DNA of 64,000 nt from Eledone cirrhosa (lineage: Eukaryota). The position numbers and the translations under genes are program-made. Positions 41,984-56,226 of this stretch are shown here, one piece after another (positions within the stretch are counted from its first letter, which is position 1; every line of letters begins with the position of its first letter). The stretch spans positions 218,674,001 to 218,738,000 of the forward strand of contig OZ024741.1 in assembly GCA_964016885.1 (NCBI GenBank), in the 5' to 3' direction. The notes beneath the pieces are model-generated. The model was not told the origin of the DNA and did no database searches. It saw nothing but the letters and a program-made list of their open reading frames with translations.

Positions 41984-43260
41984 TACGAGGTGTGTCAGAA
42001 AAGTTCCAGGACTGATGTCACAAAAGATTTATTTGAAACCCAAACTTCACACTAAGAGTTTTCTCCTTCAAAGTAATCTCCCTGGAGTATGTAACTGTAA
42101 TCTTAGCTCTCTGCAGCGATCAAACTTTTTTCTTCATAATTTTATATACATGTCCTCTGTTTCAGGTCGTCAAGCAATGAGCACAGAGCAACAAACAAAC
42201 TTAAAGTTTCTGGTACGGTTGGGGAAAACTCCGTCAGAATCACTGGGATTGCTGCAGCAAGTGTATGGAAATGAAACTATGTCATGCTCACGTGTTTTTG
42301 AGTGGTGCAAGAGGTTTAAAGAAAGACGCGAGGACGTGGAAGATGACCCCAGGAGCGGAAGGCCCTCAACAACCAGGACTGAGGTCAACGTTGAGCGCGT
42401 CAGGCAGATGGTGCGTAGTGATCGTCGGCTGACTGTTCGACTGATGGCAAATGAGCTGGGCATGAATCGGGACAGCGTCTGGAAGATTCTCACTGAAGAT
42501 TTGAACATGCGGAAAGTCTGCGCGAAGATGGTGCCAAAACTGCTGAACGATGACCAGAAGGGTCAATGCATGCAAGTGTGCCAGGACATCCTCGGACATC
42601 TTGAAACTGAACCAGACTTACTAGGGATAGTCATCACCGGTGATGAGTCATGGATCTTCGAGTACGACCCAGAAACCAAACGCCAGAGCCTTCAGTGGAA
42701 GAGTCCGTCATCGCCAAGGTCGAAGAAAGCACGACAGTCAATCACATTCTTCGATGTGAGGGGGATCGTCCACTGCGAGTTCTTGCCACAGGGCCAGACA
42801 ATCAACTAACATGTCTACAAAGAGATACTGCAACGTTTGCTTCGTTCAGTGCATGAGAAGAGGTGAGAGTTGTGGCAGGACAACTCGTGGCTGCTTCACC
42901 ATGACAACGCGCCTGCTCACAATGCCCTGAGCATCCGACAGTTCCTGACCGAGAAGAACATCGCCATGCTGAAGCAGCCTCCCTACTCCCTCGACTTGGC
43001 TCCATGTGATTTTTTCCTATTCCCCAAGCTCAAGGGGTTCATCAAGGGGACCCGTTTTGAAGACGTGGACGACATCAAAAAGGCCGTGACTACGGAACTG
43101 CAGAGGAACCCGGAAGAATCCTTCCAGGAGTGCATGCAAGCGAGGCAGTAAAGGATGGAAAAGTGCATTAGACTCCAGGGGATTACTCTTAGTGTGAAGT
43201 TTGGGTTTGAAATAAATCTTTTGTGACATCAGTCCTGGAACTTTTCTGACACACCTCGTA
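41984..43260 (+). mobile_element. Near full-length mariner (DD34D) with pseudogenised transposase (from about 42177)
   Basis: About 75-bp inverted ends tacgaggtgtgtcagaaaagttcc..., TA flanks; MVPKLL, TGDESW, HDNA, YSLDLAPCD; in-frame stops (e.g. 42807, 43149). Confidence 0.97.
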
Positions 43261-44877
43261 TATATATAATGGTTTACTTCACTTCAATCAAAAAGTACAA
43301 TAAAACAGTTACCAAGAGTTGAGAAGGTTGACAATGTTATTTTGTTGTTGATGTGATTACAGCGAGCGAGCAGATAAAATTTGTTGGTGGTTAAAGTTTG
43401 CAGTCGTCATAGTAGTTCTGGTCGTGAGTCTGAGACCATAGTGAGTGAGATATATATGCCAACACCACCCTTTCTCTGTAAAGTTATGTTGGTACCACAA
43501 CATCTAGTCCAAAATAATGAGGTCGTGTAGGTGTCACGACAAAAAAAAAAACACACAGTCCACACTGTAATGTGGCCGTGTAGGTAACACGGTAAAAAGC
43601 TCCCAGTCCACACTGTAAACGTGGTTGGTGTTAGGAAGGGCATCCTTCCTAACACCAGATAGTCCTATACGAGCGAGACACGGTCATCCGACCAATCTTG
43701 CCTCAAGTGGGACAACTCCTGCCTAACATATGTTCGCGTGGAAGATAGACGCTAAACGATGATGATGATGATGGTATATATATATATATACGAAAATAAG
43801 TCAAATTATATATATATATATATATATACACACTTCATTTATGGATTTCTTTTGCAAGATTTCTTATGTAAAAACATGTGTTGAAACAGATATTGTTATA
43901 CTTTGGGAGGGTCATGCTGCCAATAAAAACACGTGCACATGTTGATTTTCACTTCAATTTATTACAAATTTCCAGTTGGTTGCTTTAATGAACCGGATGG
44001 TTGTTTATTTATTGTCAAAAACAAGATGGTGTAGGACAGAACAAAAGGAGAGGCAAAAAATAACAAATTAGTCACTGGGGAGGTCACAGAATGTGTGACG
44101 AAAGAGCTTTGATAATATTCACAATGGGGTGAGCAGACAGTAGGAAGGACTTCCATCAGGGGAAGAACTCACATCAAACAAGTGTTTCAGCCCTTTATTC
44201 CTCCTTACACTCTAAGGGAGCCAGGCCCGTATAGGTCATAACTCCTTGGTGTCCTCCTGCTGGTTTTGTTCTCCTCAAGAGGGTGATCTTATTTCCCATT
44301 CCTGTGATTTACATCACTCAACCATCAGAGAGACCATTGGTAGAACTAACACTTCATTTCTATTTAAACAGCAGTATAGTTCAATAAGCTATCAGTTTTA
44401 GTCAATAAGGGTGGCTTCTAGTTTTATTTAATCAGGGTGGTTTTAATAGAGTAGCTACTTATTACATGTAATGGCCTTACTAAATGGTAATACTCAACTA
44501 TACTGCTTACTCTACTACACATATACATACATACACATATATAATACACACATACATACACATATAATACACACACACCACACCCTACGCACACACTATA
44601 CATATACACGCACACCCTACACACACACACCCTACACACACCACACACACACCTTACATACACCCTACACACACACCACACACCCTACACACACCACACA
44701 CACCCTACACACACTACACACACACCATATACACACCATATACACACCCTACACACACATGCTACAGTGTCTGTTGATTGTCTAAAACTGGTTTCAGTGA
44801 TGTTCCAGTCATGGTTGACTGGTTAGATGAGAGACGGAACTAACCATCCAACTGTCAATATAATTCATAGTAAACAT

Positions 44878-47110
44878 CACCACACCACCACTACAACACC
44901 ACAACTACCACCATACCACCTCATCACCACACCACCACTACAACACCACAACTACCACCATACCACCTCATCACCACACCACCACTACAACACCACAACT
45001 ACCACCATACCACCTCATCACCACACCACCACTACAACACCACAACTAACACCATACCACCTCATCACCACACCACCACTACAACACCACAACTAACACC
45101 ATACTACCTCATCACCACACCACCACTACAACACCACAACTACCACCATACCACCTCATCACCACACCACCACTACAACACCACAACTAACACCATACCA
45201 CCTCATCACCACACCACCACTACAACACCACAACTAACACCATACCACCTCATCACCACACCACCACTACAACACCACAACTACCACCATACCACCTCAT
45301 CACCACACCACCACTACAACACCACAACTACCACCATACCACCTCATCACCACACCACCACTACAACACCACAACTACCACCATACCACCTCATCACCAC
45401 ACCACCACTACAACACCACAACTAACACCATACCACCTCATCACCACACCACCACTACAACACCACAACTACCACCATACCACCTCATCACCACACCACC
45501 ACTACAACACCACAACTACCACCATACCACCTCATCACCACACCACCACTACAACACCACAACTACCACCATACCACCTCATCACCACACCACCACTACA
45601 ACACCACAACTAACACCATACCACCTCATCACCACACCACCACTACAACACCACAACTACCACCATACCACCTCATCACCACACCACAACTACCACCATA
45701 CTACCTCATCACCACACCACCACAACTACCACCATACCACCTCATCACCACACCACCACTACAACACCACAACTACCACCATACCACCTCATCACCACAC
45801 CACCACTACAACACCACAACTACCACCATACTACCTCATCACCACACCACCACTACAACACCACAACTACCACCATACCACCTCATCACCACACCACCAC
45901 TACAACACCACAACTACCACCATACCACCTCATCACCACACCACCACTACAACACCACAACTACCACCATACCACCTCATCACCACACCACCACTACAAC
46001 ACCACAACTACCACCATACCACCTCATCACCACACCACCACAACTACCACCATACCACCTCATCACCACACCACCACTACAACACCACAACTACCACCAT
46101 ACCACCTCATCACCACACCACCACTGCAACAACTACCATACCACCTCACAATCATACCACAGCAACACCACCATACCACCACAACTACTGTGACCACCAC
46201 AACATCACGACACCACCACTACAACACCACCATACCACCTCTCCACCATACCACTGCAACACCACCATACCACTACAACACCACCATACCACCTCACCCC
46301 CATACCACCTCACCATCACACCACCTCACCACCACTACAACACGACCTCACCACCATACCACCTCACCATCATACCACCACTACAACACCACCATACTAC
46401 CTCACCCCATACCACCTCACCATCACACCACCACTACAACACCACCCTATCACCTCACCATCATACCACCTCACCATCACACCACCACTACAAACCACCA
46501 TGCCACCTCACCATCACACCACCTCTACAACACCACCATACCACCTCACCCACATGCCACCTCACCATCACACCACCACTACAACAACACCATACCACCT
46601 CACCCCCATATCACCTCACCATCACACCACCACTACAACACCACCTTACCACCTCCCCATCACACCACCTCTACAACACCACCTTAGCACCTCACCCCCA
46701 TACAAACTCACCATCACACCACCACTACAACAACACCATACCACCTCACCCCCATATCACCTCACCATCACACCACCACTACAACACCACCTTACCACCT
46801 CCCCATCATACCACCTCACCATCACATCACCACTATAACACCACCATACCACCTCACCCCATACCAACTCACCATCACACCACCACTACAACACCACCAT
46901 ACCACCTCACCCCCATACCAACTCACCATCACACCACCACTACAACACCACCATACCACCTCACCCCCATACCAACTCACCATCACACCACCACTACAAC
47001 ACCACCATATCACCTCACCACCATACCACCTCACCATCACACCACCTTATCACCTCACCACCATACCACCTCACCACGACAACATTACCATACCACCACA
47101 CCACCATCAC
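44878..47110. repeat. 47-bp CAC-rich minisatellite (to about 46130) decaying into related repeats
   Basis: caccacaccaccactacaacaccacaactaccaccataccacctcat. Confidence 0.95.
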
Positions 47111-47314
47111 TGTACCACTATATCACCATACCATACACAACACAGACACTGACACACACTATCACATACACAATGCACACACCACACATTGACACAATGT
47201 CAACATTCACACACTACCAACTGATATACCCTTTACTCAGCCTTCATTCTGCGACTGTAAGGGATTGAATTGAAAATTACATGGCTGCAAATTGAACTTG
47301 TACATAAGAGACAA

Positions 47315-49355
47315 GAGAACATCCTGAGGACTAACTACTTTACCAGACAGCCAGGCCAGTTTTACAGAACAACAACAAGGAACTGAACAGAGACTATAGT
47401 AATAGATCAGGCATGAGCAAGTTTTTTTGAGAAGCGGGCCACATGATATATGGCTCAACATGAGGCGAACCACAAGCACTAATTTATATTTGTGCCCACA
47501 TTAAAAACTAAGGGGTGGTAACTCAGGTTGTTTTGATTTGTTTCTTCAGAATTTGTACACGTTTTCCTTGATCGTAAAAATGATAGAAAGATAGATTATG
47601 ACTGAAAAGTTGGGGTAAAAAAAGCAGAAAGATTTCACTGAGGTGACTTAGGCGAGCCATTCAGAAAGCTTTGTGGGTCTCAGGTTGCCCTTGACTATAA
47701 TAGATGAAACAAGAAAATCCTCAGGACTAACTACTTTACCAGACAACCAGGCCAATTTTACAGAACATGGAAGTTACGGAGTAGGTAGACCCAGAAAAAC
47801 CTGGGATGATTTGATAAATTCCGACCTTACACACTTGCACCTCTCTAAGACAATGTCACTTGACTGAGATCTTTGGCCCCACGCAGTAATACAGAAGACC
47901 TGCCTTGCCTATGTACAAAGCGAAACCTACAGTCAGTAGACACCTCTTAACCAAATATACACCCCATCCCACTACCTCTACTCCACCCTCCCACTCCCAC
48001 CAACACCACCCTTTCTCTGTAAAGCTATGTTGGTACCACAACATCCAGTCCAAAATAAATGAGGTCGTGTAATTGTGTCACAACAAAAAAAACACACAGC
48101 TCACGCTGTAATCTGGCTGTGTATGTAACACGGTAAAAACCTCCCAGTCCACACTGTAAATGTGGTTGGTGTTAGGAAGGGCATCCAGTCATAGAAAACC
48201 TGCCTGACAGTCCTATACGAGCGAGACATGGTCACCCGACCAATATTGCCTCAAGTGGGACAATTCCCATCTAAACCCAGGTTAGCGTGGAAGATAGACT
48301 TTAAACGATGATGATGATGATGATGATGATGATGAAGGAACTGAACTGAGACTAAAGTAACAGATGAAACAAGAAAATCCTCAGGACTAACGACTTTACC
48401 AGACAGCCAGGCCAGTTTTACAGAACAACAACAAGGAACTGAACAGAGACTATAGTAATAGATCAGGCATGAGCAACCTTTTTTGAGAAGCGGGCCACAT
48501 GATATATGGCTCAACATGAGGCGAACCACAAGCGCTAATTTATATTTGTGCCCACATTAAAAAATAAGGGGTGGTAACTCAGGTTGTTTTGATTTGTTTC
48601 TTCAGAATTCGTACACGTTTGTTTTCCTGGATCATAAAAATGATAGAAAGATAAATTATGACTGAAAAGTTGGGGTAAAAAAATCAGAAAAATTTCACAG
48701 AGGTGACTTAGGCGAGCCATTCAGAAAGCTTTGCGGGCCTCAGGTTGCCCTTGACTATAATAGATGAAACAAGAAAATCCTCAGGACTAACTACTTTACC
48801 AGACAGCCAGGCCAATTTTACAGAACAAGGAGGAACTGAACAGAGACTAAAGTAATAGATTAAACAAGAAAATCCTCAGGACTAACTACTTTACCAGACA
48901 GCCAGGCCAGTTTTACAGAACAAGGAGGAACTGAACAGAGACTAAAGTAATAGATTAAACAAGAAAATCCTCAGGACTAACTACTTTACCAGACAGCCAG
49001 GCCAGTATTACAGAACAAGGAACGGAACAGAGACTAAAGTAATAGAAGAAACAAGAAAATCCTCAGGACTAACTACTTTACCAGACAGCCAGGCCAATTT
49101 TACAGAACAAGGAGGAACTGAACAGAGACTAAAGTAATAGATTAAACAAGAAAATCCTCAGGACTAACTACTTTACCAGACAGCCAGGCCAGTTTTACAG
49201 AACAAGGAGGAACTGAACAGAGACTAAAGTAATAGATTAAACAAGAAAATCCTCAGGACTAACTACTTTACCAGACAGCCAGGCCAGTATTACAGAACAA
49301 GGAACGGAACAGAGACTAAAGTAATAGAAGAAACAAGAAAATCCTCAGGACTAAC
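47315..49355. repeat. About 95-bp tandem repeat abutting an exon donor, plus an approximately 450-bp duplicated block (47315-47770 = 48370-48830)
   Basis: aaacaagaaaatcctcaggactaactactttaccagacagccaggcc units. Confidence 0.92.
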
Positions 49356-49442
49356 CTTATCTTTGAAAGCTTCCATAAACCCTGCAGTACTTCCGGTACA
49401 GTGGATCAAACACAGAGCATGCACTCTGCCTGGGTGGTTAAT
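49356..49442 (-). CDS. NDRG-like exon: INHPGRVHALCLIHCTGSTAGFMEAFKDK
   Basis: tttcag/gttagt, 87 nt, phase 0-0. Confidence 0.93.
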
Positions 49443-49560
49443 CTGAAAATAGAAACCAAATATATTATTACATGAACACTGTAGGTGTGTTGTTGTGGCT
49501 TAGTGGTTAGGGTGTTGGAATTATGATCATTATGTCGTGGGTTCGATTTAGAGAGATAGT

Positions 49561-49635
<75 letters not shown>

Positions 49636-49874
49636 GGGGGTGAAGAAGTAAGGTGAGAGAGAGACAGAGAGAAGGGGGAGAGAAGTAGGGGGAGAGAAGA
49701 AAGGAGGTAGAGAGAAGAAAGGATTGAGAGAGAGATAAAGTAGAAGGAATGAAATACTATAAGAAGGAGAGAGTGGGGACGAACAATTGAAAGGAGAGAG
49801 AGGGAGAGAGAGAGAGAGAGCTTCTTTCTCTCTCTCTCTCTCTCTCCCTCTCTAAGGTGCAATGAAATACTCAC

Positions 49875-49935
49875 AGCAAGTCTCGCTAGTATGTTAGCTC
49901 CAGCACCTTCTCCAACGGCAACAATTTGCTTGACA
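49875..49935 (-). CDS. NDRG-like exon: (D)VKQIVAVGEGAGANILARLA
   Basis: cag/gtgagt, 61 nt; GEGAG elbow lacking the catalytic Ser, as in NDRG GVGAG. Confidence 0.95.
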
Positions 49936-50459
49936 CTGTTAAACAGAAGAGAAGAATTATAACATGGTAGGGATAGAAGAAACGGAGTCATAACTGGGTG
50001 GGGGTGGAGTAGTTGGCTATTTAACCATATTTTCATGGCAAATAATTTGAAGCTGTCCCAAGTACTATAATTGTTTCTATTTTAGGCACAAAGCCAGCAA
50101 TGTGAAGGTGAGGGGAAAGGTGATTAAATCAACCCCAGTGCATTACTGATACTTTATTTTATCGACCCCGCAAGATAAAAGACAAAGCTGACCTCGGCAG
50201 GATTTGAACTCAGAATGTAAAGGGCCGTAACTCTATGCTGCAAAGAATGGTGTCTGACGCTCTACCAATTACTATAATGCTAAGCTTTGAGGCTATGTTT
50301 ATTTATAAAACTTCCATAATTAATTCTATGTAAGAAAGATCCTTTGCAAAATCATGTTCCGAACACCAACTTAATAGTGAGAAAGTTAGTTATATTACTA
50401 AATCCCTAAAAATCTTTGATTATTATCAAAATTATTTGAAAACTATAGGCAGTATGATT

Positions 50460-51125
50460 CATTAGAAATATGGTAATGAAAGGGTTAACCAACATAGACA
50501 GTGTCTTTCATTAGAAATATGGTAATGAAAGGGTTAACCAACATAAACAGTGTCTTTTATTAGAAATATGGTAATGAAAGGGTTAAACAACATAGACAGT
50601 GTTTTTTATTAGAAATATGGTAATGAAAGGGTTAACCAACATAGACAGTGTCTTTTATTAGAAATATGGTAATGAAAGGGTTAACCAACATAGACTGTCT
50701 TTTATTAGAAATATGGTAATGAAAGGGTTAAACAACATAGACAGTGTCTTTCATTAGAAATATGGTAATGAAAGGGTTAACCAACATAGACAGTGTCTTT
50801 CATTAGAAATATGGTAATGAAAGGGTTAAACAACATAGACAGTGTCTTTCATTAGAAATATGGTAATGAAAGGGTTAACCAACATAGACTGTCTTTTATT
50901 AGAAATATGGTAATGAAAGGGTTAACCAACATAGACAGTGTCTTTTATTAGAAATATGGTAATGAAAGGGTTAACCAACATAGACAGTGTCTTTTATTAG
51001 AAATATGGTAATGAAAGGGTTAACCAACATAGACAGTGTCTTTTATTAGAAATATGGTAATGAAAGGGTTAACCAACATAGACAGTGTCTTTTATTAGAA
51101 ATATGGTAATGAAAGGGCTAACCAC
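50460..51125. repeat. 49-bp minisatellite, about 13 copies
   Basis: attagaaatatggtaatgaaagggttaaccaacatagacagtgtctttt. Confidence 0.96.
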
Positions 51126-51437
51126 AACAGCAGTATAAGGTTGCTGCCTTTTTGTATCAATACTCTACTTCTGAAAGGAAGAGACTCTACCAGGTGGGGT
51201 TTCAACTCAGATGATGCAACAAGCATTTTATAGGCATTATCCCTGCATCATCATGACCGTTTAAAGTCTATTTTTCCATGCTTGCATGGATTAGATGAAT
51301 TGCCCATGTCATGAGACAAGTCTGGCCAGTTGGCTGTGCCATAACTTACTTAGACCAAACTATATTTTGGCTGGGATTTTTACAGCTGGATACATTTCCT
51401 AACACCAACCTTGTTATCATATATATGTATATATATA

Positions 51438-51480
<43 letters not shown>

Positions 51481-51487
<7 letters not shown>

Positions 51488-52600
51488 AATAACAGGAGGC
51501 TGGAGTGGTGTAATTCCTTAAAAGGTTTATTATACTATGATCATTTCAATGACCAGGTTCAGTATGAATCCGGTGACATCATCAGGTATTTGAAATAAAA
51601 CAAAGGGCGGCCGACCGGGGTAGAAGCTGCCAAATGTTCGGTCGCCCTCATGTCTCTGATTTTCAGCCCCATGGATTTTGTCTATTATATTCCTTTGTTA
51701 TATTTCGAATACCTGATGATGTCACCGGATTCATACTGGACCCGGTCATTGAAATGATCATAGTATAATAAACCTTTTAAGGAATTACACCAGTTCAACC
51801 TCCTGTTATTTTATAATAATTAACTCCGTACTCGCACCACCAACTATACAAACAAAGACGGGTGAGTTGCATTATGTTGAGTGCTCTCCATAATATTACA
51901 TCGAGGTTGACCATACGGAATGACCAGTTCTATCCAGTGGTGAACCAACAAACCTAAATAAATATATATATATATATGTGTCTGATGGTAGCTAAGATGC
52001 TTCTATAGGCGGTATGCTGGTTGAGCACTCTATGCTCTTACAGAGCAGAGTATGATAGAATAGAAAACGAAAAATCAGTGATACACCTGAACTCAATTTA
52101 TTGTGTGTTACAATTGTTTCCCCGGCGGATAGCTCAAAACGTGATCCCAGTGACAGAATATGCTTCAAAATCATTAGACGTGTCCGTCGAACCTGCGGGT
52201 TCAGAGTCAGACACTCCACACAATGATGGCGTCTCGAGCTATCCGCTGGGGAAACAATTGTAACACACAATAAATTGAGTTCAGGTGTATCACTGATTTT
52301 TCGTTTTCTATTCTATCATACTCTGCTCTGTAAGAGCATAGAGTGCTCAACCAGCATACCGCCTATAGAAGCATCTTAGCTACCATCAGACACATATATA
52401 TATATATTTTTATTTAGGTTTGTTGGTTCACCACTGGATAGAACTGGTCATTCTGTATGGTCAACCTTGATGTAATATTATGGAGAGCACTCAACATAAT
52501 GCAACTCACCCGTCTTTGTATTGTTGGTTGTGCGAGTACGGAGTTAATTATTATAAAATAACAGGAGGTTGAACTGATTTTTCGTTTTCTATTATATATA
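51481..52600. repeat. Two overlapping palindromes (51481-51817 and 51793-52575)
   Basis: Arms read directly; the second has nearly perfect arms of about 350 bp. Confidence 0.95.
51709..51766 (+). ncRNA. Hammerhead-like motif (mirror copy on - at 51532-51589)
   Basis: ATAC-CTGATGA-(ACCGG...CCGGT)-GAAA-TGATCA-TA-GTAT; base of helix II imperfect. Confidence 0.55.
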
Positions 52601-53218
52601 TATATAAAGTAATTGTTATACTTTGGGAGGGTCATCTTGCCAATAAGAAACACATGCACCATTTCTTATAAATTTCTTATAAATTTCTTATAAATTTCTT
52701 ATAAATTTCTTATAAATTTCTTATAAATTTCTTATAAATTTCTTAAATTTATAATTTAATTTATAATAAATTGGAGTGAAAGCAACTGGTGCATGTGTTT
52801 CTTATTGGCAACATGACCCTCCCAAAGTATAACAATATCGGTTTCAACACACGTTTTCAGATAAAGAATCTTGCTAAACAAATTCAGAAACGATATATAT
52901 AAAGTGTTTTAAGGCTATTTATCCCTGTTAGGCTTTATGTTCATCATGAGATTATTTTTTAAGCAGTGTTTTATAACCAGATACCCTTTCTGGCACCAAC
53001 CCTTTTAGTCACCTCATAAAACACCCACAGTTGTGATGTATGACTCCTATCAGAGGGCCTGCCTTAAAACACTTGTTATATATTTGTGACAGCACCCATC
53101 TCAGCAATATTTGCTTGTTACAGTAGTTTCTGTATGTGCATATATCTTCTCTTTCAATGAAATAAGAGAGAGGGATAGTTAAGGTGAAATGATTAGTTAA
53201 TATTAAGGTGGTACTTAC

Positions 53219-53281
53219 TCAAGCTGGTCAAGGACACACACCAAATCTTCTCCGAGTGTCTGCATAGATGGGAATGTGTAG
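53219..53281 (-). CDS. NDRG-like exon: (N)YTFPSMQTLGEDLVCVLDQL
   Basis: tttag/gtaagt, 63 nt, phase 2-2; resembles NDRG YxYPSMDQLAE. Confidence 0.93.
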
Positions 53282-53332
53282 CTAAAAACAAAAAGGAATG
53301 GATGAAAAAATAAGAATATCATCACCATCACT

Positions 53333-53351
<19 letters not shown>

Positions 53352-53372
<21 letters not shown>

Positions 53373-54700
53373 CGAAGGAATTGTGGTAAGGAACCAGATG
53401 GACCATAATGCACCAAAGTACTCAATACTTAGGGTAGTAGAGTGGGTAATAGGAACAAGTATGACCCCGACGGCAGAGCTCAAGCCATTTCGATGGCTAT
53501 TTCTGGACTAAATAAGAATTTTTAGCCTGGTAAATAAATAGCCAAACTTCTCCTTATATGGGACGATAGTAATTGTCCAGAGGATTGGTCAAAAAATTGT
53601 TGTAAAGACAGATCATGGCATTTGGTGGGAGGAGGGGTGGCTGAACTTGCCGGTAGAACAAAGAAGGAGTGGGGGGAAACCCAGTGAAACGTTGAAATTG
53701 AAATCTATACAGCAGATTCTAAGGATAGTGTATAAAAGGTCGAAAAAAGTGTACTGGAGAAGAGGAGGGGGGAGGGTTGGAAGAATAGGTAAATCGAAAG
53801 GGAGTAAAAAAAAAACCATTATAAAAATAAGGAAATAAATATATAAAAACAATTTCTGGTTACTACTCCATTTCTACAATCACCAAATTTCTCATTGGTA
53901 TTGCTAAGCTATAGAAAATTTTAATAGGTGGAGAATGGGAAAAAAACTAAATACGAGATTATAGTGAAAGAATAATACAAAAGCCAGCTTTGCAGGGGGT
54001 CTAACACCACTGTTATAGATAGTTAGTAATCAGCCAATGCTATCTTACAATGACAGGTTAATAAGTTGAGAACAAAAATACTAAAATACTATTACAAAAA
54101 TATTAATACTAATACAAAAATACTAATACAAAAATACCACTAAGAAATTTAGAAACCATAGAAATGGAGCAGCAACCAAAAAGAAGAAAAAAAAATGTTT
54201 ACTGAGGTCTAACACATCTGCTATAAAAAGCGTAATCGGCCAATTCTATCTTAAAATTAGGATCGAGGGGGTACTGAGGGTACAGAGGATCGATTGGCTG
54301 CATCAGGGTAGGCGAAAGGTGAAAAAAAGAGACGAGGAAGGAAATCTGGGGTGGAAGAACTAGGAAGAGATTGGGGGGGGGGGGGGGGGAGATGGAAACA
54401 GAGTAAAAGATAAAAATGTTACGTCTACCTTTGTAAGCAGGGGTTACACCTTACAAAATCGGCAAGTGGGGTATCAACCCTTGTCTACCCCCCGGGTCAT
54501 TATGGGGTTTGAGGGTGAGGTAAGTCCTACACAATCTGTGTTTGCATGCGGTTACCAGTTCGACTTTCTTGTTTAGGAGTTGGTCCTTCGAAAACAGCAT
54601 TTGGAATGTTTGCTCCGAGCATACGTTACACGGACGGCGTCCTCCCGTGTAAGAGCTAGCTCTGGACAGTAAGCTCCAAGTGAGATTGTAGGTTAAATAT
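53352..54700 (-). mobile_element. Penelope-like element 3' part (GIY-YIG ORF end and UTR)
   Basis: WSLLSRASSYTGGRRPCNVCSEQ...LLNKKVELVTACKHR; both ends at TA-rich tracts. Confidence 0.8.
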
Positions 54701-54802
54701 ATATAAATATATATATGCAAAAGTTTTATTTAAAGTTGTTGGGATACAACAAGTAAATATTTTTATAACTGATATAAAGCACTCGACAAGTTTTTGGAGT
54801 AG

Positions 54803-56189
54803 ATATACGATATTAATAAATGGAAACTATATTTATAAAACCATATCTATTTCATTATACATATTTCAGTCTTTACCTTTTTCTTTTTCTTTATCTCCGT
54901 CTTTTTCTAATTGTGCTTAACACTATGACTTATTAAAACAATGTAAACAAATCACTATCCAGACAGCCTCCAAAAGTAATGGTTGTATTTTAAAAGGGTA
55001 CGTCAAAGCTATTTGTAAAACTGTTATATATTGTATTTTATCTGATGAAGGCATACCATAATTTAATGTGGTATCCCTGAAATATGTATAATGAAATAGA
55101 TATGGTTTTATAAATATAGTTTCCATTTATTAATATCGTATAAATATATATATATATAAATATATCAACTAGAAATTGATTGACATATATATATCTAAAA
55201 TAAACACATGAAACAATCACAGGGGATAATTTGTAAAGTGTGTAAGCACACACGGCTAGGTAGGTAACTAATTAAAGTTTAACTAGAACTTTAAATATAG
55301 ATACCTTTCGGACATGACACCCTTAATTTAATTTTGGATATATATACGGACCCTTAATTGTAGAGCTAACTCAGTTGAAAGGACTCGGCTGCTATTTCTA
55401 GCTGTCGATAATCCTATTCACGCCACTGGGATGATGCTGGTACGATGTGTGTATTTTAAAAATAATGCAACACGTGCGACAGATCATTCGCAGATTTGCA
55501 TTTACTGTGTAAACACAGATAGTTAGATCTTCTACCTTGTTGAAAATCCGGATTTGACTACTGTGATTTACGGATTAATGGTGAAATATATTTCTTTAAT
55601 GAAATATATACAAGGAAGATTAATCATTTTAAAAGGTATCTATATTTGAAGTTCTAGTTAAACTTTAATTAGTTACCTACTTAGCTGTGTGTGCTTAGAC
55701 ACTTTACAAATTATCCTCTGTGATTGTTCCATGTGTTTATTTTATATATATATATGTCAATCAATTTCTAGTTGATATAAAATGCTCGGATCTATTAATT
55801 GGAATCTTTGAGCATATTCTACAGTGGATATGGCGCATGTCTTTCGGACATGACACCCTTAAATTAATTTTGGATATATATATAAATATATATATATATA
55901 CACACACATACTTTTTCTCCAAAAAATGTTTTCCCATTTCATCCTCTTTTCACCCTCCCAAGTCTTTCTATTTCTTCTTTTATTTCTCATTGTATTTTCT
56001 GATGAAGGACAAGCGTCCGAACGAAACGTTGAGCCATTTTTCCTACTATATCAAGTGTTAAATTAATAAATATATCTTCATTGTTTACTTTGTTGTTTTC
56101 CGTTTACTTTTCACATTATATATATATGTCTCTCTCTCTCCCTCCCTCTCCCTCCCTCCCTCTCCCTCCCTCCCTCTCTCTCTCTCTCC

Positions 56190-56226
<37 letters not shown>

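Noticed and set aside
44827-47040. His/Thr/Pro-rich ORFs
   Set aside because: Produced by a 47-bp (non-triplet) minisatellite with stops and no splice context
55999-56030. CTGATGA-GGAC/GTCC-GAACGAAACG hammerhead remnant
   Set aside because: Extra 4 nt before GAAA and no convincing helix I or cleavage triplet
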